This document shows, piece after piece, positions 1 to 9,237 of a DNA stretch of 64,000 nt (within the stretch, counting starts at the first letter, position 1; every line of letters begins with the position of its first letter). Location: assembly GCF_006345805.1 (NCBI RefSeq), contig NC_042998.1:195548001-195612000 (forward strand), given 5' to 3'. Under the pieces are notes generated by a model. The model saw nothing but the letters and a program-made list of their open reading frames with translations, was not told the origin of the DNA and did not search any database. The DNA comes from Octopus sinensis. Lineage: Eukaryota. The translations under genes were made by a program, and so were the position numbers.

Positions 1-110
1 CTGAAGAGGCCGTGGGGCATCCTTGTTAATGCCTCATTTATACCTGCCTTTATGGCTTAGAGGTTAAATGAGGTATGACTGCCCTCACTGCCGAAACAGC
101 TGTCAGTTTT
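1..110 (+). ncRNA. Type I hammerhead ribozyme motif with extended stem II (5' strand of stem I lies outside the window)
   Basis: Core CTGAAGA at 1-7. Stem II pairs GGCCGTG-GGGCA (8-19) with TGCCCTCACTGCC (80-92) and holds an inner 9-bp helix CCTCATTTA/TAAATGAGG (32-40/65-73). GAAAC at 93-97. Palindromic stem III ACAGCTGT at 96-103. GUC cleavage triplet at 102-104. Confidence 0.75.
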
Positions 111-297
111 GATTTAATTGCATATTATATTTGAAATTTTTTACTTATATCTCTTTATCTTTTTACTATTACTGTATATCTCATTTTGTATAATGCCTTT
201 ACTCATATGTAATGGTGTATTAAAGTATTGATTGGGTATCATCGGATAGTTGATGTTTTATTGATTTAAGTATGTTTCTCCATTCTCTAATTTTGTA

Positions 298-345
<48 letters not shown>

Positions 346-349
346 TTGT

Positions 350-549
350 GTGTTTGCCCCCCTAGCATTGCTTGACAACCGATGCTGGTGTGTTTACGTC
401 CCCATCACTTAGCAGTTCGGCAAAAGAGACCGATAGAATAAGTACTGGGCTTACAAAGAATAAGTCCCGGGGTCGATTTGCTCGACTAAAGGCGGGGCTC
501 CAGCATGGCTGCAGTCAAATGACTGAAACAAGTAAAAGAGTAAAGAGTA
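350..549 (+). mobile_element. SINE family A, 3' half
   Basis: Matches the 3' half of the full copies at 6559 and 23883 and ends in GTAAAAGAG repeats. Confidence 0.85.
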
Positions 550-849
550 TAGTAGGGGCAAAATAGTAGACTTCTAACCACAAAGCCATGAGTTCCAGCC
601 CAACTAGTGCAGCTATAAGTAGTTTTATTAAGCAAGGCACCAAACTGCTTCTTTCAGTTTGCTGAACTAAAAAAAATTGTTCCTATAAAAAAAAACAATT
701 CAAAATAAAAACAAAGTTAACACAGGCACTGGCCTATACTGTATGAGAGAAGGGAGATTAGTATTGGTACTATAAAAATAATGAGCTTATTGTATACAGT
801 GCTCAGTTGCACTACAATTTGTCAAGAAAGATGAAAAGAAGGGACAGAG

Positions 850-1338
850 AGTAGTTGTGTGAGTGTCTGTCCCCTTCGATTTAGATTCCTAACTCCTCCC
901 ACATTTTGCGGTGCAGTTTAACCAAATTCGGGTATCTTATAGTCGTGATTCATATCGAGCCCGTCTGACTATTAGCGCGCATCAACGATGAGTCTACGAT
1001 TTAAAAAATAATTTAACATCATTTTTTATTCCATTTTAATGCATAATTTTTCGTGTGTCGATGGCGGCGGAGTTGGCGTCCACGCTCAAACACCTGCACC
1101 TGTTTGCTTCTCCCCCTTCTTCCCTCCCTCGTGAAGCTGTGGGGAAGGGAGGGTAAGGAAATCAACGTCGTAAAGCGTTGTCAAGGAGACCAGCGTTCTT
1201 TTAGAACAACGACTTCATGGCTTGAAGACACCAAAACAGAAATGGCTAAGAAAGCCCGAATTGGTATCTATAAGGGAAGTAACTCTCTAAAAATGCTTAT
1301 ATAGTTATTTCCTTTACAAACCCGGGCGATACTGCTAG
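850..1338 (+). mobile_element. Non-autonomous Helitron, long variant, 5' end eroded
   Basis: Body shared with 1339-1624, 51926-52322 and 55492-55887 plus an extra ~200-bp segment. Ends GATACTGCTAG. Confidence 0.7.
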
Positions 1339-1624
1339 TCTTTATATATAAAAGTCAAGTTGTGTGTCTGTCTCCTACGATTTAGATTCCTAACTACTCC
1401 CACATTTTGCGGTGCAGTTTAACCAAAACCGGGTATCTTATAGTCGTGATTCATATCGAGCCCTTCTGGGTATTAGCGCGCGTCTACGATGAGTCAACGA
1501 TTTAAAAAAAAATTTACCATCATTTGTTTTCCATTTTTAATGCATTTTTTTGCTATAACTCTCTAAAAATGCTTATATAATTATTTCCCTTACAAACCCG
1601 AGCAACGCTGGGCGATACTGCTAC
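1339..1624 (+). mobile_element. Non-autonomous Helitron
   Basis: 5' TCTTTATATATAAA, subterminal hairpin CCCG...CTGGG, and a 3' CTAC (mutated CTAG). Confidence 0.8.
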
Positions 1625-1736
1625 TGTGGAATAAAGGAAGACAGCAATGACAGAAGAAAAAGCACAGAACACAAAATACAAAAAGAGAGGAAAGTGAACA
1701 ATAAAAGAACCACGAAGAAGAAAGGTTGCACGGACA

Positions 1737-2140
1737 TGAGGATTAGTGTCGGTGAATTTCAGGAAGCATAGAATTTTTGAATGATGCAGTGTTCTGACTG
1801 CTAATGACTGACACAAGTAGTTTATTCAATAGATTGGTAATTCTGAGCAGATAAAAAAGATGTCTCCAAAAAAAAATGGGCGCCGCACCATTTTTCAATT
1901 TTATAAGCATGTCCACGGGTGGTAGAGGTATTGAATTCAAAAAGGTGGCCGAAATTGTTGGAAAGATTGGAGATTAACTTGTAGGTCAGTTGCTATGTGT
2001 CGATATTTTAGTGTACAACATGTTCAAGATATGGTAATTGACCATGAGAGTGTATTTGTCTGGTAACATAACACTGGACATCTTCCAGTAGATCAATATT
2101 TATTCTGGACAAGATGAGGGTCCTAAACTGGAGATGAAAA
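1737..2140 (-). mobile_element. CR1/L2-type LINE 3' fragment
   Basis: ORF 1743-1940 (RHLFYLLRITNLLNKL...SFK) resembles the CR1 ORF2 C-terminal RxxFFxxRVxxxWNxLP block and is similar to 19795-19998. Confidence 0.6.
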
Positions 2141-2182
2141 CTGTAAGAGTGGAAGTATCATAACCATATATAACTTTAGATA

Positions 2183-2369
2183 TGATAGATCGTTAGCCAC
2201 TACACACATTTTTTCTCTCTCCTTGTTTTTCCTGTGTCCCTTTCTGTAGAAGAGCGTAAGGCTCGAAACGTAAAAGACTTTTTCTATTCCTGAGCGTTAT
2301 ACAAATACATCTGTTTGTTTTGTACACCACCCGTCTTCGTCTTTTGTTGTTTTTTTTGGAAACTCTCCC
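2183..2369 (+). mobile_element. ~190-bp non-coding element carrying a minimal hammerhead-like motif, flanked by 14-bp direct repeats
   Basis: TATAACTTTAGATA at 2169-2182 and 2370-2383. Hammerhead-like motif at 2240-2276. Confidence 0.6.
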
Positions 2370-2419
2370 TATAACTTTAGATAGCTGGAAGTAGTAGGCA
2401 TCCGTCTCGGTCTCAAAAG

Positions 2420-2750
2420 GCCATGGATCTGTGACCAAAGAAATCGAGTCAGCTGCAGATGGTGGTGCAGCATCTGTTGTGGCTGTACAGGCCCACACAG
2501 GAGTGGCAGTCATGCATACAGCAATTGCATTTGAAGGAGTTCTCTGATGGCCCTACTGATTTTTCCCTTCCATCGAATGCACTTTTCTTTGATGGCAAAT
2601 TCCTGCTTTTCCTCCACTCTCTTCATTCCCTTTCGCAGTATTACCCTCCAGTGTGGGCAATCATTTGCAACCTCCTCCCATCTCAGGACATCCAGATCAA
2701 GTGACTTCACATCCCTCTTACAGATGTCTTTGAAACGAAGATGAGGTCAT
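2420..2750 (-). mobile_element. RTE LINE 3' fragment
   Basis: ORF 2510-2710 LDVLRWEEVANDCPHWR matches the RTE C-terminal WExxAxDRxxWR motif. Confidence 0.6.
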
Positions 2751-3795
2751 CCTCATGCTCTTGTGCCAGTGGCCAATTTCCCATACAGGAGATCTTTTGG
2801 AATGACAACATTTTTTTTTCCTTCATCACCCTTGGAATGACAACATTTTTCCTTCATCAAGCAAAACAATGTCTCAATGCTGTCGCTTAACTTGCAAGAA
2901 ATAGCAGCCAAATCCACTTCAATTCACACCCTACCATCTTTTTACATAGAATTGTACCAAGAAAAAGGAAGGTGTAGCCATGATTGAAAAGCTAACAATT
3001 TTATGGATACTCTGTGAAAAACACATATATACTCAACCAACAATAGTCCATCAGAACAACAACAACAACAAACATCTAAACAATACATTAACAACATGAA
3101 CATTATCATGCTTCCAATATATAGAAGAATAGAGGATTACAAATTTTAAAAGAAAAATCACTTATTGCTAAGAAGGTCGACTGCAATAACTTACCTTTAA
3201 AAATCACACACCTCCAGTTCCTTATTGTAAATGTAAGAAATATATTTAAAGGTAGGCAGCAAGACAATCTGACAAGGTACGCACAACCTGTAGCTAAGCA
3301 TCTTTAACACAGCTGGTCTATCTAATACAACTAACTTATTGCCAAGGTAAAGCAGCTTCACTTCATACAATCAATCATAAAGCAAAGACACACCTACACA
3401 GCTCTAGATAAAAATAGATGGCAACAACAATGATAATAATAATAATAATAATAATAATTTCTTTTTGAAGGCAGCAGGCAAATGGTTTTAAGGGAAAGCA
3501 CTTGACTGAATCTTCCTGTTTAATGGTTTTCATTTTTTGAACCTCTTCATCAAGGGATGGTTAAGCTGACCTCATCCAGTGTACTTCAAATTCAGAATAT
3601 TAAAGCACTGAACTTTAGCTATGCTAAAGTACCTTCACTTTTTTTGACTCCTCCATCCTTATCACTAATAATAATATTTCTTTCTACTAAAGGCTCAAGG
3701 CCTGAAATTTCGGGGGAGGGGGCTAGTCAATTACATGGACCCCAGGTGTTTCACTGGTACTTTATTTATCAACCCCAAAAGGATGAAAGGCAAAG

Positions 3796-4000
3796 TGGAG
3801 AAATTGTCAAAATATAAAGACCTTGAAATTGAAGTATTCAAGATGTGGGGCATGACGGTGAAAACAATACCAGTAATAATTGGAGCATTACGTATGATGA
3901 AGAAAAACATAGAAGCTATTTCATACTACCCCCCACCAAAAAAAAACCCCCAGCCCTGTTAGGAACAGCCCACATCCTATGGAAGAGACTCAATGTAATA
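3796..4000 (+). mobile_element. R4/Dong-like (restriction-like endonuclease) non-LTR element, C-terminal fragment
   Basis: EKLSKYKDLEIEVFKMWGMTVKTIPVIIGAL is typical of the KxxKYxDL...IPVIIGALG block at the end of R4/Dong ORFs. It is fused to a minus-strand SINE B fragment at about 3685-3795. Confidence 0.6.
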
Positions 4001-4074
4001 ATACAACCCAAACAAAACAATCAGCAAATACAAGACACTCTATACAATAAATATCCAGTGAAATTGTAGTTGAG

Positions 4075-5100
4075 GCCAGTGGCAATGTCACGTAACTGGC
4101 ACGTAAAAAGCACCATTCGAACGTTGGGCTTCACAGAGGCAGGGACAAGGGACAGACCTTTGGCAATAAACCATGTTAGAGAAGACCTATCAAGCCAGGT
4201 GAGATTATAGTCATGGCCAATACCTGTGTTACGTAACTGGCACTCAGGCTGGTGGCAAATAAAAAGCACCCACTACACTCTTGGAGCAGTTAGCGTTAGG
4301 AAGGGTATCCAGCCAAAGAAACCATGCCACATCAGATTGGAACCTGGTGCAGCTCCAGGTTACTAGTTTTCAGTCGAACCATCCAACCAACCCATGCCAG
4401 CATGGAAAACAGACGTTAAGTGATGCTGATGATGAACCACTACCTGTAATATACAGGCCAGATACCCAACAGAAGAACACAACTTGCATTACACACACAA
4501 CACATAATAGATCAAAAGACTGCAACCAAACCCCATAACAACACAGTCTGATGTAACACAATAGCAGGAAGTGTTTGTATTTCCCCACTAACAAAGAACA
4601 CACAATGCTGCACACACCCCAGCAACATGGATTTGTAGTGTGGCCTTTCCCAGCCTACCCTAGCACCTGTGCCAGTGGCACGTAAAAAGCACCAACCGCA
4701 CGTGGCCAATGCCAGCGCTGCCTTGACTGGCTTCTGTGCTGGTGGCACGTAAAAAGCACCAACCGTTCGTGGTCGTTGCCAGCCTACCCTGGCACATGTG
4801 CCGGTGGCAAGTGAAAAGCACCATCCGAACGTGGCCGATGCCAGCACTGCCTTGACTGGCCTCCGTGCCGGTGGCACACAAAAAGCACCAACTGATCATG
4901 GCCATTGCCAGACTCCCCTGGCACGTGAAAAGCACCCACTACACTCACGGAGCGGTTGGCGTTAGGAAGGGCATCCAGCTGTAGAAACACTGCCAGATCA
5001 GACTGGAGCCTGGTGCAGCCTCCTGGCTTCCCAGACCCCAGTCAAACCATCCAACCCATGCTAGCATGGAAAATGGACGTTAAACGATGATGATGATGAT
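4075..5100 (+). mobile_element. Two copies of repeat family E (RTE-like 3' end, (GAT)n tail): about 4075-4432 and 4640-5100
   Basis: Shared ACCACTACACTC...GGCGTTAGGAAGGG...CCAACCCATGCTAGCATGGAAA...GATGATGAT. Internal GGCACGTAAAAAGCACC repeats. Confidence 0.65.
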
Positions 5101-5132
5101 GCAGTAGAAATCAGTCTGAAATTAAAATGTTG

Positions 5133-5957
5133 AATAATAATAATAATAATAATAATCCTTTCTACTATAGGCACAGGACCTGAAATTTTGGAGGAGGGAC
5201 AAATCCATTACATCGACCCCAGTACTCAACTGGTACTTAATATATCGACCCTGAACGGATGAAAGGCAAAATTGACCCTGGTGAAATTTGAACTCAGAAT
5301 GTAACGACAGGCAAAATACCTATTTCTTTATTACCCACAAGGGGCTAAACACAGAGAGGACAAACAAGGACAGACAAACAGATTAAGTCAATTACATTGA
5401 CCCCAGTGCGTAACTGGTACTTATTTAATCGACCCCGAAAGGATGAAAGGCAAAGTCGACCTCGGCGGAATTTGAACTCAGAACGTAGCGGCAGACGAAA
5501 TACCGCTAAGCATTTCATTCAGCATGCTAACAATTCTGCCAGCAATAATAATAATAATAATAATAATAATCCTTTCTACTATAGGCACAGGACCTGAAAT
5601 TTTGGAGGAGGGACAAATCCATTACATCGACCCCAGTACTCAACTGGTACTTAATATATCGACCCTGAACGGATGAAAGGCAAAATTGACCCTGGTGAAA
5701 TTTGAACTCAGAATGTAACGACAGGCAAAATACCTATTTCTTTATTACCCACAAGGGGCTAAACACAGAGAGGACAAACAAGGACAGACAAACAGATTAA
5801 GTCAATTACATTGACCCCAGTGCGTAACTGGTACTTATTTAATCGACCCCGAAAGGATGAAAGGCAAAGTCGACCTCGGCGGAATTTGAACTCAGAACGT
5901 AGCGGCAGACGAAATACCGCTAAGCATTTCATTCAGCATGCTAACAATTCTGCCAGC

Positions 5958-5996
<39 letters not shown>
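5133..5996 (-). repeat. Tandem duplication of a 414-bp dimeric SINE B unit, bounded by (AAT)n tracts
   Basis: CCTTTCTACTATAGG starts at 5157 and 5571. Identical ORFs at 5397 and 5811 (offset 414). Confidence 0.9.
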
Positions 5997-6558
5997 TTAT
6001 TTTATTTGCCACAGGGGCATAGATGGGGGAGGGAAACATCAATCCATCCTCTAACAGACATTATTTGTAAGAAATTCAAATTAGTATGCATAGCCAACTA
6101 TACTATATCAATTTCTGTGATGTGGATTCACTATCAGAGGCTATGAAAAAAACTACAGTATAACCTTACAATCATAGTACATGCAACATAACCAGAATGT
6201 GCAGTGTGGTGGTACTAGACAAAACTAAAAAATGGTATGGTGAGTGGGATTGTAACTTGTTGAGTTAACTGAGTTTATGCCAAGTGATAGGCTGGCATCA
6301 GAACACCTGTACAAGTGTAAACATTTTTGTGAACAAATAAAAAAAAAAAAACATATTCCAAAAGAACAATCAGGTGAGGTATGTTTCAGACTTGTTTAGC
6401 ATTATTTGCAGATCCTCTCACAGAATGTCAGAACATTAGGCTGCACCAAACATTCGTATATGTGGCTTGTATCACGTAATCATGAGTTGAAGCCAAATCA
6501 GAGAAACGGCATGTGAAAAAATATTAAAAAAAGTGAATTCTGATGTAAAAGTTCACTA

Positions 6559-6721
6559 GGCGCAAGAGTGGCTGTGTGGTAAGTAGCTTGCTAACCAACC
6601 ACATGGTTCTGGGTTCAGTCCCACTGTGTGGCATCTTGGGCAGGTGTCTTCTGCTATAGCCCCGGGCCGACCAATGCCTTGTGAGTGGATTTGGTAGACG
6701 GAAACTGAAAGAAGCCTGTCG

Positions 6722-6754
<33 letters not shown>

Positions 6755-6938
6755 ACCCCTAGCATTGCTTGACAACCGATGCTGGTGTGTTTACGTCCCC
6801 GTCACTTAGCGGTTTGGCAAAAGAGACCGATAGAAAGAATAAGTCCTGGGGTCAATTTGCTCGACTAAAGGCGGTGCTCCAGCATGGCCGCAGTCAAATG
6901 ACTGAAACATGTAAAAGAGTAAAAAGAGTAAAAGAGTA
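6559..6938 (+). mobile_element. SINE family A (tRNA-like head, CORE-like CTTGGGCAAGTG block, internal (TA)(TG), AAAAGAGT tail)
   Basis: Full-length match to the copies at 8711, 17571, 23883, 27900, 35137 and 61160. Confidence 0.9.
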
Positions 6939-7146
6939 ACTGTTGGTTGAGTAGCTGCCATGTCAAATAAAGTGTCAATGAGGAAACTCCTGTGCATTTA
7001 TGGATTCACTACAAGAAAGAGCAGTTAAAACCACCCCGAATTACATCTTAATAACATAAAACTGGAATGACACATTGGAGAATGTAGTGTTATAATCATC
7101 CCTTCAAACATATGTCACCTTGATTAAAGGCAGACTGGGATTAAAT

Positions 7147-7498
7147 AATAACAGCTATAAAAAAGCAACCACTACACTCACGGAGTGGTTGGCGTTAGGA
7201 AGGGCATGCAGCTGTAGAAACATCGCCAGATCAGGTTGGAGCCCAGTGCAGCCTACTGCATTTCAGCCTGGGGCTGGGAATTGCTTGCCTCTGACTGTAG
7301 CGCCTGGAGTCCAGCTGTCCAAAAGGGTGTTAGGCTGTTCGAGGAATTGCCCCTCAAGAGCTTGGACCAGGAGTGACAAGCCCAAAAAGAGAGAATTTCC
7401 AACCCTACTTCTGCTGTTACGTGGCTTCCCAGACCCCAATTGAACCATCCAACCCATGCTAGCATGGAAAGCGGACGCTAAACGATGATGATGATGAT
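7147..7498 (+). mobile_element. Repeat family E copy containing a 168-bp RTE-derived insert (7258-7425)
   Basis: Flanks match 4935-5100. The insert is the reverse complement of 9322-9489. Confidence 0.8.
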
Positions 7499-7723
7499 GT
7501 AGCACTGATGAGGGTGGTAATTTAAAAATATCTGAGAGAGATATAAGCAGTGGTGGTATGATAGAACAGTTGTATACTGTCAACTTAATGTGACAGTCCC
7601 ATGAAGGGAATCACACCACCGCTATTTAGCCCTAGGAAGCATCAACGCTTCCTGTCAGCCTTGACACATTTCCTGTGTCCTTATGTTTACAAGGGTGAGA
7701 CAAGCACCCCCATCCAGTGATTA

Positions 7724-7965
7724 TACACATCATCATCATTTAGGGTCCATTTTCCATGCTAGCATGGGTTGGACGGTTCAACTGGGGTCTGTGAAGCCAG
7801 AAGGCTGCATCAGGTTCAAATCTGATCTGGCCGTGTTTCTACAGCTGGATGCCCTTCCTAATGCCAACCACTCCGCGAGTGTAGTGGGTGCTTTTTACGT
7901 GCCACCCGCACAGGAGCCAGACGGAGCTAGCAAACGGCCACGAACGGATGGTGCTTTGCCAGCTC
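7724..7965 (-). mobile_element. Repeat family E copy
   Basis: Reverse complement of the family E 3' end; begins CATCATCAT. Confidence 0.7.
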
Positions 7966-8710
7966 AGAATGTAACGACAGGCAAACTACAGGCACAATTA
8001 AAAAATAAAGCTAGTTATATTTAGGGAGTGGATTGCCTATTTTCAATAGCTCTGTGGAACAATGGACAAGTTGATGAATGAATAAGGCTACAGCATATGC
8101 AACACGCCTCACAACTGTTTAAAGAATATCAACAACAAACAAAACACAAATCTGTGAAGTTTCTCCTCGGCAGCTCAATGTGGTTAATGTGAATGAGGTA
8201 AGTTCTGAGCAGCAACTTGATCTGCAAGAAATAGCAGGTGAATTTGCCTAAGGTCATACCAAGACACATTGTATACAATATATCTGATATGGATCACATT
8301 AGATACACTATGTCTGAAAAGACAGGAGGGTCAGGGTTGAAAATACTTAAATAGATCAAGTCAAACAGAACTGACACAGTGGCTAAATTACAATATAACT
8401 GTCAAATCCATGTCAACATTCTATACTCTTACAAATAAACACATTCATACGTCACACAACATTATATAACATAGTTCAGCATGAAAATGAGAAATAATCT
8501 GCCATCAGACACCAGCTTATTGCTTATAAAGTCAATTAAGAGGAGAGAGTTCTTCATGCGTAAAAAGAAATATTCAAATTTTTAAGCATAGAAAACAAGT
8601 ACCTTGTGAATTCATGGTAGGTCCGAGCATAAAATAAGTGAGTATTAAGGTATGAGAATTTTTTTTATTTCAAAGTAAAACACTTGAGTCCAAGGTAACT
8701 AGTCAATCTT

Positions 8711-9098
8711 AGGAGTGGCTGTGTGGTAAGTAGCTTGTTTACCAGCCACATGGTTCTGGGTTCAGTCCCACTGCGTGGCACCTTGGGCAAGTGTCTTCTA
8801 CTATAGTCTCGGGCTGACCAAAGCCTTGTGAGTGGATTTGGTAGACGGAAACTGAAAGAAGCCCGTCGTATATATGTATATATATATATATACATGCGTG
8901 TGTGTGTTTGTCCCCCTAGCATTGCTTGACATCTGATGCTGGTGTGTTTATGTCTCCGTTACTTAGCGGTTCGGCAAAAGAGACCGATAGAATAAGTACC
9001 GGGCTTACAAAAGAATAAGTCCCGGGGTCGAGTTGCTCGATTAAAGGCGGTGTCCCAGCATGGCCGCCGTCAAATGACTGAAACAAGTAAAAGAGTAA
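8711..9098 (+). mobile_element. SINE family A
   Basis: Near full-length match to the family consensus seen in this window. Confidence 0.9.
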
Positions 9099-9237
9099 GT
9101 CATAAAATAAGATAAACTTGTGTACTGCGAGATGAAAATTGATCTGTTTCAGGTTAGGCCCTTTATTGAAGAACTCAATTCTTCATCAATGAAGATCCTT
9201 GACCAAAATGTTGAGTTTCTTTTCTCACAACACAAAC

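Noticed and set aside
8174-8197. 24-nt microexon candidate (CAG|...|GTAAGT; LNVVNVNE)
   Set aside because: No partner exons in the window, and the donor overlaps the edge of a family F repeat; such motifs are common by chance.
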